Assembly (NCBI GenBank): GCA_035549715.1
Contig: DASZQJ010000160.1
Span: forward strand, 22,688 to 86,687
Length of the DNA stretch: 64,000 nt
Direction: 5' to 3'
Origin: Burkholderiales bacterium
Lineage (GTDB): Bacteria; Pseudomonadota; Gammaproteobacteria; Burkholderiales; JACQAP01
The translations under genes and the position numbers were made by a program. A model generated the notes under the pieces. That model did not search any database. It was given only the letters and a program-made list of their open reading frames with translations, and had not been told where the DNA came from. The first letter of the stretch is position 1. Every line of letters begins with the position of its first letter. Positions 37,534-47,284 of the stretch are shown piece after piece.

Positions 37534-40137
37534 TCAGCCCAGGGCCTTGCGCAGGTACTCGGCCATGGCCTCCGCGGGCAGCGGCTGGCTCACCAGGTAG
37601 CCCTGGATCTGGTCGCATCGCAGCAGCCGCAGCAGGTTGGACTGCTCCTCCGTTTCCACGCCTTCGGCCACGATCTGCATTCGCAGGCCATGGCCCAGCG
37701 CGATGATCGTGGAAACGATGCTGGTCTTGTCCGGGTCCTCGGTCATGCCGTTGATGAAGCTGCGGTCGATCTTGAGGATGTTCACCGGCAGCCGGCTGAT
37801 GTAGGCCAGCGAGGAATAGCCGGTGCCAAAGTCGTCGATCGAGATCTGCACACCCATGTCGCGGATGGAACGCAGCTTCTCCACGCCCTCGTCGACGTTC
37901 TCCATCAGCATGCTTTCCGTGATCTCCATGTCGAGGCCGACGCCGGCGCCGTTGCGGGCCAGGATCGCGGCGACCTGGTCGACGAAGCCGGAATGGTGAA
38001 GCTGGACCGCCGAGATGTTGACGGCGATGCGCGGCGGGTTCAGGCCCTGTCCGGCCCAGCGCCGGTACTGGGCCACGGCCTCCTCGATCGCCCAGTTGCC
38101 CGCCTCCAGGATGAGGCCGGTTTCCTCGAGCAGGGGCACAAATGCCGCGGGCGGGATCAGGCCCTTGTCCGGATCCCGCCAGCGAATCAGCGCTTCGAGG
38201 CCGACCGCCCGCCGGGCATGGAGGTCGATCTTGGGCTGGTAGTGGAGCTCGAACTGGTGCCGGCTGGCGGCCTTGCGCAACCGGGCCTCGGTGTCGAGGC
38301 GCTCGGCGATGCGGGCGTTGACCTCGGGGGCGTAGAACAGCAGGGCCTCGGTGGATTTGCGTGCCTGCTCGAGTGCCGATTCGGCATTGTGAAAAAGCGC
38401 ATCGGCGTCCGGTCCGTCGTTCGGGTACAGCGCCACACCCCCCCTGGCGGAGAAGTCCACGGTCCGGCCCTCGAACGTCACGGGCTCCTCCCAGAACCGG
38501 TAGCGGCTGTCGCCGAGCAGCTGGCCCGCTTCGACGACATCGTGGATCCCGGGGATCATCAGGGCGAACTGGTCTCCGCCCAGGCGCGCCACGCGCCCCG
38601 AGTCGGTGCTGAGGTTCACGAGGCGCCGCGCGATCTCGCGCAGCAGGTGGTCGCCGGCCCGCTCGCCATGGGTCTCGTTGATCGCGCGAAGCCGGGTGAT
38701 GTCGAACATGGCCAGCGCGAGCATGTCGCCTTCGCGGCGCGCCGCCGTGATCGCCTGGGCCAGGCGGTCGTTGAACAGCCTGCGGTTCGGCAGGCCGGTG
38801 AGCACGTCGTAGTACGCGAGGTAGTCGATCTGCTCCTGCTGCTTGCCGAGCTCGAGCGCGAACGAGATGTTGTTGGCGAGGTCCTGCAGCAACTGCGCCT
38901 CGTCCGTGTCAAAGACGTCCTGGCCGGAAGCCTCCAGCACCAGCGCGGCCACCACCTCGTCCTTGACGACGAAGGGAAGGCTTGCGCTGGCGCGCGCCCG
39001 GGCGTCCGGTTCCGCGGGGTCCGGACTGGACGACAGGGTGGCGTCCTTGAACGCCGGCCGCCGGGTCCGCACCGATTCGGCGAGGATGCTCTGGCTGCGC
39101 GTCGTGTTGAGGTTGTAGGCAGCCAGGGCGCGGTCGAAAGCCGGGATGTCCCCGCCCAGGGCGGCCGCCAGGGCGCCCGCCTGCCCGGTGGCGTCGAAGG
39201 TGACGAACCGCACCGACTGGAAGCCGCCGATCTCGATGGCGATGCGGCAGACCTCTTCGTACAGCCGGCCCGGCTCGCGCAAGCGCACGATCGCCGAATT
39301 GACGGCGCTCGACAGGTCGCGGATCCGGGTGAGGCGGGCGATGCGCTGGCGCTCCGCGATCCGGTCCGTGATGTCGCGCAGGATGCCGTCCACCCGCTCC
39401 GGGTGCCCGTCGATCCCCGCGATCGAGCGTCCACGGTCGTTGACCCAGCGGATCTCGCCGTCGGGACGCTGCACCCGGTATTCCAGGTCGAACGCCGTGC
39501 CCGAGTCGAACAACGCCTGGTAGGCAGCCGCCACCGCCTCGCGGTCCCCGGCGTGGATCGACGCCCACCACAGTTCCGGGGCGGACAGGAATTCCTCCGG
39601 CACGCGCCCGAAGGTGGCGATGACGGCAGGCCCCAGGTAGTTGAACCTGCGGTCGCCGATCGCGCGCGACCAGACGACGTCGTCCAGCGATTCCAGGATC
39701 TGCCGCATGCGCTGCTGGGCGGCCGCCAGTTCCTGTTCCGCGCTCCGGCGGGCCGCCCGCTCGGCGGTCTCCCTCAGCGCGCGCGACACCGCCGCCGGCA
39801 GGCGGATGAGGTTGGACTTGAGCACGTAGTCGGACGCCCCATGTTGCAGGGCGCGGATGGCGTACTCCTCGCCGAGGGTCCCCGAGACGAAAATGAAGGG
39901 CACCTGCGGACAGGCCTTCTGCGCGAGGGCGAGCGCGGCCATGCCGTCGAACTGCGGCATGGAAAAATCGGAAAGGATGATGTGCGGGACGAACCTCGCG
40001 ACCGCGTCGAGAAAGTCCGGCTCCGTCTCGACGAGCTCGTGGACCACCTTCATGCCGGCGCGGCGCAGCTCGCGAACCTCGAGCTCGGCATCCGTGCGGA
40101 CATCCTCGACGAACAGGATCCTGACTGCCTCGTTCAT
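37534..40137 (-). CDS. Response regulator receiver - PAS - GAF-like - degenerate GGDEF (GGDQF) - EAL protein (probable c-di-GMP phosphodiesterase)
   Basis: REC (ILFVEDV...ILSDFSMPQFDG), PAS (ILESLDDVVWS...), GGDEF region with LGGDQFAL (38566-38580), EAL motifs LEALIRW, DDFGTGYSSL, EGVETEEQ. Confidence 0.9.
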   Translation of the reverse strand: MNEAVRILFVEDVRTDAELEVRELRRAGMKVVHELVETEPDFLDAVARFVPHIILSDFSMPQFDGMAALALAQKACPQVPFIFVSGTLGEEYAIRALQHGASDYVLKSNLIRLPAAVSRALRETAERAARRSAEQELAAAQQRMRQILESLDDVVWSRAIGDRRFNYLGPAVIATFGRVPEEFLSAPELWWASIHAGDREAVAAAYQALFDSGTAFDLEYRVQRPDGEIRWVNDRGRSIAGIDGHPERVDGILRDITDRIAERQRIARLTRIRDLSSAVNSAIVRLREPGRLYEEVCRIAIEIGGFQSVRFVTFDATGQAGALAAALGGDIPAFDRALAAYNLNTTRSQSILAESVRTRRPAFKDATLSSSPDPAEPDARARASASLPFVVKDEVVAALVLEASGQDVFDTDEAQLLQDLANNISFALELGKQQEQIDYLAYYDVLTGLPNRRLFNDRLAQAITAARREGDMLALAMFDITRLRAINETHGERAGDHLLREIARRLVNLSTDSGRVARLGGDQFALMIPGIHDVVEAGQLLGDSRYRFWEEPVTFEGRTVDFSARGGVALYPNDGPDADALFHNAESALEQARKSTEALLFYAPEVNARIAERLDTEARLRKAASRHQFELHYQPKIDLHARRAVGLEALIRWRDPDKGLIPPAAFVPLLEETGLILEAGNWAIEEAVAQYRRWAGQGLNPPRIAVNISAVQLHHSGFVDQVAAILARNGAGVGLDMEITESMLMENVDEGVEKLRSIRDMGVQISIDDFGTGYSSLAYISRLPVNILKIDRSFINGMTEDPDKTSIVSTIIALGHGLRMQIVAEGVETEEQSNLLRLLRCDQIQGYLVSQPLPAEAMAEYLRKALG

Positions 40138-40144
40138 TCGCCTC

Positions 40145-40588
40145 TCAATTCGGGGCCCGGTTGGTCAGGATCCAGTACAGCCCCACCTTGGCGACGGTGT
40201 CGATGAAATCCTGGAACTGGACGGGTTTGACGATGTAGCTGTTCACGCCCAGGTCGTACGCCTCGACGATATCACGCTCCTCCGCCGAGGATGTCATGAT
40301 GACCACCGGGATCGCCCTCAGCGCGTCGCTGGCCTTGATGCGCCGGAGCACCTCGATGCCGTCGACCTTGGGCATCTTGAGGTCGAGCAGGATCAGCTTC
40401 GGGACGCTCGCCACGTCCCTGCCGGCATGCCGGCCCTGCCCGAGGAGGAACTCCAGGGCCTCCTCGCCGTCCCGCACCCATTGCAGGCGGTCGGTGAAGT
40501 GGATCTTGCGCAGCGCCCGCATCGTCATCTCGGCATCGCGCGGATTGTCCTCGGCGAGCAGGATCTGCACTTCGCCGCCCTCATGCAT
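40145..40588 (-). CDS. Single-domain CheY-like response regulator
   Basis: [18 protein letters not shown]...[17 protein letters not shown]...NSYIVKP. 147 aa. Confidence 0.9.
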   Translation of the reverse strand: MHEGGEVQILLAEDNPRDAEMTMRALRKIHFTDRLQWVRDGEEALEFLLGQGRHAGRDVASVPKLILLDLKMPKVDGIEVLRRIKASDALRAIPVVIMTSSAEERDIVEAYDLGVNSYIVKPVQFQDFIDTVAKVGLYWILTNRAPN

Positions 40589-42488
40589 CGCCGCCGCCCG
40601 CCGGAAGGCTGAAGTGGAATGTCGCCCCCTCGCCCGGACGGCCGTCGGCCCGGACGCCGCCGCCGTGCCGGGTGACGATCCGCTGCACGATCGCCAGCCC
40701 GACGCCGGTGCCCTCGAATTCCTCGGACCGGTGCAACCGCTGGAACACCCCGAACAGCTTGGGCGCGTACTTCATGTCGAAACCGACACCATTGTCCGCC
40801 ACGCGGTAGTGCGCGATGCCATCGTTGCTCTCCCCCGTCACCAGGATCTCCGACAGCGACTTCGTGCCGCTGTACTTGATCGCGTTGCTGAGCAGGTTCA
40901 CCCACACCTGGCGCAGCAGCGCGCGGTCCCCCCGGGCCCTGGGCAAGGGCCAGACGTCGAGCTTCACGCGGGTCGGGTCGCGCTCCCGGAGCAGGTCCGC
41001 CGCCACCTCCCTGGCCAGGTCCGTCATGTCCACCTCGGCGCCCGCATCCACGGCCTGGCGGCTGATGCGCGAGAACGACAGCAGGTCATCGATGAGGCGG
41101 CCCATCCTGCCGGCCTCGTCCCGGACGACCGTGAGCAGCCGCCGGCCCTCCTCGTCGAGCCGCGACCCGAAATCCTCCTCCAGCATCTGGGAATAGCCCA
41201 CGATCGCCCGCAACGGGGAGCGCAGGTCGTGCGACACCGAGTAGGAAAAGCCCTCCAGCTCCCGGTTCGTGGCCTCCAGCTCGCGTGTCCTTTCCGCGAC
41301 CCGGCGCTCCAGGGTTTCATTGAGCTTGCGGATCTCCGCTTCCGCCCTGTGCCTGTCGTCCACGTCCGCGATGGTGCCGATCCATTCGAGGATGCCCTGC
41401 TCGCCGTCCAGGACGGGCGCCGCCCGCAGCACGACGTAGTGATGGGCCGCCGAGGCGGCATGCCACAGGCGCAGCGTGCACTCGAAGGCGCCGTCGCCGG
41501 ATCGGGCGAGGCTCCATTGCCTCTCCAGCACGTCGATGTCGCCGGGGTGGAATGCGTTTCGCCAGCCCTCGCCGGCGCAGCCCTCCGGGGATTGGCCCGT
41601 GTACGCCTGCCAGGCCGGCTGTGCGGCGACAAAGCGCAGGTCCCGGTCCGCCGTCCACACCACCGAGCTGGCGGCTTCGACCAGGGTGCGGTTGCGGCGC
41701 TCGCTGACGCGCAGGGCCCGCTCCGAGGCCGAGCGCTCGGCGATCTCCACCTGCAGCGCCGCCGAGAAGCGCTCGAGGTCTTCCGTGCGGCGCCCGATTT
41801 CCGAAAGCATGTCGTTGAAGGCCTCGACGAGGTACCCGACCTCGTCCTCGGTGGTCTTGCGGGCGCGCAGGCTGTAGTCGCGGCGTTCGACGACCTGCCT
41901 CGCGACGGCGGCCATGTCGACGATCGGCTGGGTGATGGTCTTCTGCAGCCACAGGGATAGCAGCCAGGACACGCCCAGCGACAGGAACCCCACCGTGGCG
42001 ACGATGGCAAGGTAGCCCAGCAGCCGGCTGTAGAACTCGTAGTCGGCCCTCAGGTAGACGGTGCCCAGGATCTCGCCGTCGGCGACGATGCGCCGGGTGT
42101 AGGAAATCGTCCGCCCGGAGACCTGGTAGCCGTCGATGTCCGGGAGGGCGGGCAGCGAGGCTTTCGCCTCCCCTTCGTGCAGGTAGCTCGCGAACAATGC
42201 CCCCTTCGCGTTGTAGATGGCGCCGGCCCGGATCGACGGGCGCACGCTCAGCAGCGCCAGGCTGTCGGAGGCGAACTTGGGGTCGTCGAACTGCAGCGCC
42301 GCCGCGGTGGATCGGCCGAGGATCTCGGCCTGCGTGGCGAGGTCGCCGACCTGGCGCTCGTGGAAGCTGCGCAGGTCGTAGGCGAGCAGCGCCAGTCCCG
42401 TCACGAGCAGCGCCGCCAGGCTGGTCATCAGCACCCCGACCATCAGCTTGCGGCTGAGCGAACGGAATCGGAGCCGCGGCAGCATCAT
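40581..42488 (-). CDS. Sensor histidine kinase: CHASE8-like periplasmic domain - HAMP - PAS - HisKA - HATPase
   Basis: Two TMs flank [50 protein letters not shown] (CHASE8-like). [19 protein letters not shown]-box [16 protein letters not shown]-box [13 protein letters not shown]. Confidence 0.85.
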   Translation of the reverse strand: MMLPRLRFRSLSRKLMVGVLMTSLAALLVTGLALLAYDLRSFHERQVGDLATQAEILGRSTAAALQFDDPKFASDSLALLSVRPSIRAGAIYNAKGALFASYLHEGEAKASLPALPDIDGYQVSGRTISYTRRIVADGEILGTVYLRADYEFYSRLLGYLAIVATVGFLSLGVSWLLSLWLQKTITQPIVDMAAVARQVVERRDYSLRARKTTEDEVGYLVEAFNDMLSEIGRRTEDLERFSAALQVEIAERSASERALRVSERRNRTLVEAASSVVWTADRDLRFVAAQPAWQAYTGQSPEGCAGEGWRNAFHPGDIDVLERQWSLARSGDGAFECTLRLWHAASAAHHYVVLRAAPVLDGEQGILEWIGTIADVDDRHRAEAEIRKLNETLERRVAERTRELEATNRELEGFSYSVSHDLRSPLRAIVGYSQMLEEDFGSRLDEEGRRLLTVVRDEAGRMGRLIDDLLSFSRISRQAVDAGAEVDMTDLAREVAADLLRERDPTRVKLDVWPLPRARGDRALLRQVWVNLLSNAIKYSGTKSLSEILVTGESNDGIAHYRVADNGVGFDMKYAPKLFGVFQRLHRSEEFEGTGVGLAIVQRIVTRHGGGVRADGRPGEGATFHFSLPAGGGDA

Positions 42489-43036
42489 TGCACCTTCATC
42501 GCGACGGCGAGTAGCGGCGCGGCGATCCTGAGCGTGTTGCGCCGCGCCGCGTCCAGGGAAACCTCGAACCGCACCCGGTTGCCCGTCGTCACGAAGTTGA
42601 TGATGCTGCCCTGCTTCAGGGCGTTTGCCGCGTCCGTCACGATGAGGATCGGCTGCGGGTGTGCGGCCAGGCCGCCGATGCGCGACAGCTGCGAACGGCC
42701 GACGAACAGGATGTGCGGGCTGCCGATGTCCTCGTCCGGGCGGATCTCGCGGATTTCCACGCCGCGGCCGTTCACGGTGCGGTTTCCGACGATCCTTTCA
42801 ACTTCCTGCGCCATGGCGGAATCGCCCGCGATGCCGATGACGATGGGGCTGTCGGGCTCCTTGAACGCCTCCCCCGGCCACTCGACGTAGCCGCCGAACT
42901 TGTAGAGATAGGCGGCCTTGACCTGCTGCTCCTGCGCACCGCCTTCCTGCGGCTGCGCGGCGACGGTCCCGAGCAGCAGGACCATCCCCATGGCGAGCAT
43001 CACGATGCGCGCTGCGCGGCCCCGACAGGCGCTCAT
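42485..43036 (-). CDS. YfiR-like / DUF4154 periplasmic protein
   Basis: From ATG 43036 of ORF 42485..43300(-): signal peptide, then VKAAYLYKFGGYVEWP, PIVIGIAGDS, ILFVGRS, LIVTD, INFV...RVRFEVSLDAARR. Confidence 0.8.
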   Translation of the reverse strand: MSACRGRAARIVMLAMGMVLLLGTVAAQPQEGGAQEQQVKAAYLYKFGGYVEWPGEAFKEPDSPIVIGIAGDSAMAQEVERIVGNRTVNGRGVEIREIRPDEDIGSPHILFVGRSQLSRIGGLAAHPQPILIVTDAANALKQGSIINFVTTGNRVRFEVSLDAARRNTLRIAAPLLAVAMKVQ

Positions 43037-43038
43037 GC

Positions 43039-44967
43039 CTACATCCGCCAGGTCAGGCCCGCGTAGACCGAACGCGGGATCTCGCTTCGCCCCGGCGCCG
43101 CGCCGAACTCGGGATGCGAGGGATCGAACAGGTTGTACCCGGCGACGAAGAGCTCGAGCGCCTGGCTGGCGCGCCAGCCAAGCCGCGCGTCCACGGTCGT
43201 GTAGGCCGGCACGAGCGGCTGCGGCAAACGGCTTGCGCCGCGCACGACCACGTCGAACTCGACGCGGGGCGCCGGGTTCATGCTCGAGCGCAGCATCCAC
43301 TGGTGCTCGGGATCGTTGCCGAGCGCGGGCGGCCCGTCCGGATCGGTGCTGCCGGGCTTGAGGCGCAGCTCCTTGCGCAACTCCACGATCCCCCCGCCCA
43401 GGCGCCAGTTGTCCGTGACCTGGAAGGCCGCCCAGGCTTCCACGCCGCTCACCTCGCCTTCCATCATGTTCTGGATGTACGCCGGGATCAGCTGGAAGAC
43501 CTGCGGGGCCTGCCCGCTGCGAAGCCTGTCGAAGTCGTGGTAGAAGGCGGTCACCGACCAGGTAAGGCGGGCGGACGGTTGTGCCCGGTAGCCCAGTTCG
43601 TAGACTTCGGCCACCTCGGACACGAAATCCGGTCCGCCGCCGATGAGGGGGATGTTGTCGAACGGGGCGGGGAAGGCGCCAATGAGATTCCAGCGGAAAT
43701 CCCGGTCCAGCCGCGCCGGCGCCCGGATCGCCCGCGAGGCCGCCCCCCAGAACAGTTGCGTGTCGGTCGGGTTCCAGGCGAGGCGTGCGCTGGGCAGCTT
43801 CTCCCAGCCGGTGTAGTCGTTGCTCTCCAGCTTGATGCCGAGCGTCAGCCGCAGGGTCTCGGTCAGGCTGAACTCATCCTGCGCAAAGACGTTTTCCCAG
43901 GACAGCGTCCGCGATTGCGGATCGAAGGAGAACACCGAGGGCGGCAGGGTGGCCGCGATGCGGTCCCGGGCCTCCCGGTAACCGCCGCCCCACAGGATCT
44001 TGTGCCGCCCGAGCGGGATTCCGTTCTGGAATTCCAGGTCCCAGGTATCGGCGTCGCCCTGGAAGCCGACCGGGTCCTCGCGCTGGCTGCGGTCGAAGTA
44101 CGCCTGCACCTGCAGGTCGGCGCCGGAGCCGAATTGCTCGTTCCAGCGCGCGAGCAGGTTCGCGCCATTGGCCCGCACGGGGCCGCCGACGTCGCGGTCG
44201 TGGCCGCGGCCCTCGTACATGTCGCCCTGGAGCGTGAAGCCGCGCGTCGCGTGGCCCCAGTCGGCGCGGAAGCCCGCCTGCGACATCGTCCAGCCGTCGG
44301 CCAGCGCGGCGCCGTCCGCGCGCTCGGTATTGTCGAGGTCGCTCGCCTTCGCGTAGAGCCGGATCGCTCCGGTCTCGCCCAGCTGCGCGCCGTAGCGGAA
44401 GGCGCCGCCGTACTCGGCGTCGCCGCCGCCCAGGGTCGCGTAGCCGCCCTGCGTCTGCTTCGCGGACCGGGTGATGACGTTGATCACCCCGTTGACGGCA
44501 TTGGCACCCCAGAGCGTGCCGCCGGGCCCACTGATCACCTCGATGCGGTCCACGTCCTCGAGCAGGACATCCTGCTGGTCCCAGAACACGCCGGAGTAGA
44601 TGGGGCTGTACACCGTGCGCCCGTCGATCAGCACCAGCAGCTTGTTGCCGAGGTTGTTGGAATTGTTGAAGCCGCGTGCCGTGATCGCATACTGCGAGGC
44701 GTTCACCTGCGCGACCTGCAGGTTCGGCGCCAGCCGCAGCGCCTGCGCCAGGCTCGTGGCGCCGGAACGGCGGATCTCGTCGTGGCTGATGACGTAGATG
44801 GAGGCCGGCGCATCGAGGATCCGTTCGCGCCGCTTGGAGACCGAGGTCACCTCGACCTGGCCCAGCTCTTCCAGGCTGAGGTCGGCGAGGCTGGGCCCGG
44901 CTTCGGCGGCCAGCAGCGACCGGGAGACCAGGAAGGCGACGGCGAATGCCGGCAGGCGCTGGCGCAT
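43039..44967 (-). CDS. TonB-dependent outer-membrane receptor
   Basis: From M58 of ORF 43039..45138(-). Signal peptide MRQRLPAFAVAFLVSRSLLAAEA. Plug (VEVTSVSKRRERILDAPASIYVISHDEIRRSGATSLAQALRLAPNLQV). C-terminal AGLTWRM aromatic-type terminus. Confidence 0.85.
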   Translation of the reverse strand: MRQRLPAFAVAFLVSRSLLAAEAGPSLADLSLEELGQVEVTSVSKRRERILDAPASIYVISHDEIRRSGATSLAQALRLAPNLQVAQVNASQYAITARGFNNSNNLGNKLLVLIDGRTVYSPIYSGVFWDQQDVLLEDVDRIEVISGPGGTLWGANAVNGVINVITRSAKQTQGGYATLGGGDAEYGGAFRYGAQLGETGAIRLYAKASDLDNTERADGAALADGWTMSQAGFRADWGHATRGFTLQGDMYEGRGHDRDVGGPVRANGANLLARWNEQFGSGADLQVQAYFDRSQREDPVGFQGDADTWDLEFQNGIPLGRHKILWGGGYREARDRIAATLPPSVFSFDPQSRTLSWENVFAQDEFSLTETLRLTLGIKLESNDYTGWEKLPSARLAWNPTDTQLFWGAASRAIRAPARLDRDFRWNLIGAFPAPFDNIPLIGGGPDFVSEVAEVYELGYRAQPSARLTWSVTAFYHDFDRLRSGQAPQVFQLIPAYIQNMMEGEVSGVEAWAAFQVTDNWRLGGGIVELRKELRLKPGSTDPDGPPALGNDPEHQWMLRSSMNPAPRVEFDVVVRGASRLPQPLVPAYTTVDARLGWRASQALELFVAGYNLFDPSHPEFGAAPGRSEIPRSVYAGLTWRM

Positions 44968-45213
44968 CCCCGGCCCGGGCCGGGCCCGTGGCGGGCCCGG
45001 CGGCGACGCAGCACCGGTGCAAGGGCCCCGGACCCCTGGGGATGCCGGGTCATCAGCGATGTCGCCCATGCGTGGCGCCCGCCCGTCGCGAACGCTCGAA
45101 AACAGGCCCGCCTGTGCAGGCAATCGCTGAGGATGCACGATGGCACCTTGTCATTCCGCAATCGCCCGGTTGTTCTGATGGCGTCCCGAGGCAGGCGAAT
45201 GCAGGTTTTCCCC

Positions 45214-45237
45214 GACGGCGCGCCGCGGCGCGCCGTC
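45214..45237. repeat. 24-nt perfect GC palindrome in a 510-nt gene-free divergent region
   Basis: GACGGCGCGCCGCGGCGCGCCGTC is its own reverse complement. No flanking U-tract. Confidence 0.8.
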
Positions 45238-45477
45238 CCCAGACCGAACTATCCACCGGCCCGATTTGGGCGTCTATCCGCGTTTGTCCTACACGTTGGC
45301 CCGGCCGGCGCGCGCTTGCCGCCCCGGTTCCGCCAGGCGTTCCCGGCACGGAAAATGGGACTTCGCCGCCCCCGGGGGCCGTGGAGCCCCGCCGCCGGAA
45401 AGGGGCCGCGGCGGGTCGCCTTGCCGTCCGCCGCCGTCTGCTAACATTCGAGGCATGCGCATGCCTTTGTCCCGCAA

Positions 45478-45681
45478 GTGATCGTCCTCACCATCAACGG
45501 CCAGCCGCGCAGCTTCCCCGGCCCGCTCAGGGTGGGCGCGCTCATCGGCGAGCTGGGCTTCGCGGGCAAGCGCATCGCGCTGGAGCGCAACGGCGAGATC
45601 GTCCCGCGCAGCCAGTTCGAAGCGACGGAACTCGCCGACGGCGACGCCCTCGAAATCGTGGTGGCCGTCGGCGGCGGCTGA
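45478..45681 (+). CDS. thiS: Sulfur carrier protein ThiS
   Basis: 67 aa ending VVAVGGG. GTG start. Followed by thiG. Confidence 0.9.
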   Translation: MIVLTINGQPRSFPGPLRVGALIGELGFAGKRIALERNGEIVPRSQFEATELADGDALEIVVAVGGG

Positions 45682-45686
45682 GCCGC

Positions 45687-45719
45687 CACCCGCCACTCGT
45701 CACCCGCCACTCGTCACTA
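45687..45719. repeat. Tandem 14-nt (2 x heptamer) repeat in the thiS-thiG spacer, locus D
   Basis: CACCCGCCACTCGT CACCCGCCACTCGT CACTA. Heptamer phase CACCCGC/CACTCGT. No inverted partner found nearby. Confidence 0.85.
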
Positions 45720-45726
45720 GACTCTT

Positions 45727-46524
45727 ATGGATTCCCTCGTCATCGCAGGCAAGACCTACGCCTCCCGGCTGCTCGTCGGCACCGGCAAGTACCGCGACTT
45801 CGCGCAAACCCGCGAGGCGATCGAGGCGAGTGGGGCGCAGATCGTCACGGTGGCGATCCGCCGCACCAACATCGGCCAGAACGCGAACGAGCCCAACCTG
45901 CTCGACGCCGTCCCGCCCAGCCGCTACACCATCCTGCCCAATACGGCCGGCTGCTACACCGCCCAGGACGCCGTGCGCACCCTGCGCCTCGCGCGCGAAC
46001 TGCTCGACGGCCATGACCTGGTGAAGCTGGAGGTGCTCGGCGACCCGAAGACGCTCTACCCCAACATCGTCGAGACCCTGGCCGCGGCCCGGACCCTGGT
46101 GAAGGAAGGCTTCAAGGTCATGGTCTACACCTCGGATGACCCGATCGTCGCGCGCGAGCTCGAGGACATCGGCTGCGTCGCGGTCATGCCGCTCGCGTCG
46201 CTGATCGGCTCGGGCATGGGCATCCTCAACCCCTGGAACCTGCAGATCATCATCGAGCAGGCGCGGGTGCCGGTGGTCGTGGACGCCGGCGTGGGCACGG
46301 CTTCGGATGCGGCGATCGCCATGGAGCTGGGTTGCGACGCCGTGCTCATGAATACCGCCATCGCCGCCGCCCGCGACCCCGTCCTGATGGCCTCGGCCAT
46401 GAACAAGGCGGTGCAGGCCGGCCGCGAAGCCTTCCTCGCCGGCCGCATGCCGAAGAAGCTGTACAGCGCCACCCCTTCCTCTCCCGAAGGCGGGACCATC
46501 GCCCCCTCCGACAAGGCGGCTTGA
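45727..46524 (+). CDS. thiG: Thiazole synthase ThiG
   Basis: LLVGTGKY..., [30 protein letters not shown]. Confidence 0.95.
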   Translation: MDSLVIAGKTYASRLLVGTGKYRDFAQTREAIEASGAQIVTVAIRRTNIGQNANEPNLLDAVPPSRYTILPNTAGCYTAQDAVRTLRLARELLDGHDLVKLEVLGDPKTLYPNIVETLAAARTLVKEGFKVMVYTSDDPIVARELEDIGCVAVMPLASLIGSGMGILNPWNLQIIIEQARVPVVVDAGVGTASDAAIAMELGCDAVLMNTAIAAARDPVLMASAMNKAVQAGREAFLAGRMPKKLYSATPSSPEGGTIAPSDKAA

Positions 46525-46606
46525 CCCCCCCGGCCCGGGCCGCGCCGCGCCCGGCGCGCAAATACCGGTTTTCGCGCAGCGACGCGGGCGCTATGATTCG
46601 CGCCCG

Positions 46607-47284
46607 GTGAATACCCCCCCCGACCGCCATATCCGCAGCTTCGTGCTGCGCCAGGGCCGCGTGTCCGCGGCGCAGCAGCGCGCCGTCGACGGGCTCCTGC
46701 CCGTCTTCGGCATCCCGTATGCGCCCGCGCCCTGCGATTTCGACGCCGCCTTCGGCCGCCAGGCGCCGCGCATCCTCGAGATCGGCTTCGGCATGGGCGA
46801 GACCACGGCGGCCATCGCCGCCGCCCATCCGCAAAACGACTACCTCGGCATCGAGGTCCACACGCCGGGCGTGGGCGGCCTGCTGCGGCTCATCGAGGCG
46901 CAGGGCCTGAAGAACATCCGCATCGTCCAGCACGACGCAATGGACGTCGTCGCGCACATGATCGCGCCGGGCAGCCTCGCGGGCATCCACATCTTCTTCC
47001 CCGATCCGTGGCCCAAGAAGCGCCACCACAAGCGGCGCCTGGTGCAGCCGCCCTTCGTCGCGCTGCTCGCATCGCGCCTGCGGCCCGGCGGCTACATGCA
47101 CCTGGCGACGGACTGGGAGGAATACGCGGACCAGATGCTCGCCGTGCTGTCGGCGGAACCGCTGCTGGAAAACACGGCGGAAGGATTCGCGCCGCGGCCG
47201 GCGCACCGGCCACTGACGAAATTCGAGAATCGGGGGCTACGGCTCGGGCATGCGGTCAGGGACGTGGTGTTCCGCCGCCGCTAG
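46607..47284 (+). CDS. trmB: tRNA (guanine-N7)-methyltransferase
   Basis: [41 protein letters not shown]. Confidence 0.9.
   Translation: MNTPPDRHIRSFVLRQGRVSAAQQRAVDGLLPVFGIPYAPAPCDFDAAFGRQAPRILEIGFGMGETTAAIAAAHPQNDYLGIEVHTPGVGGLLRLIEAQGLKNIRIVQHDAMDVVAHMIAPGSLAGIHIFFPDPWPKKRHHKRRLVQPPFVALLASRLRPGGYMHLATDWEEYADQMLAVLSAEPLLENTAEGFAPRPAHRPLTKFENRGLRLGHAVRDVVFRRR

Noticed and set aside
37291-45138. tRNA-Gly-associated genomic island hypothesis for the TonB/YfiR/kinase/GGDEF-EAL operon.
   Set aside because: The operon lies on the 5' side of the minus-strand tRNA, whereas islands integrate at the 3' end. No integrase is present and no repeat of the tRNA 3' end was seen. Composition looks like the flanks.
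44968-45300. Cobalamin or other riboswitch in the leader of the TonB-dependent receptor (minus strand).
   Set aside because: A GGTGCC and a CCGCCAC string are present, but the B12-box and the surrounding conserved helices are not recognisable by eye.
45139-45477. Expected TPP (THI-box) riboswitch upstream of thiS.
   Set aside because: I could not find the conserved CTGAGA and ACCTGATCTGGATAATGCCAGCG-like cores on the plus strand. The nearest strings (gctgagg, ctgatgg) are out of context. A cmscan would be decisive.
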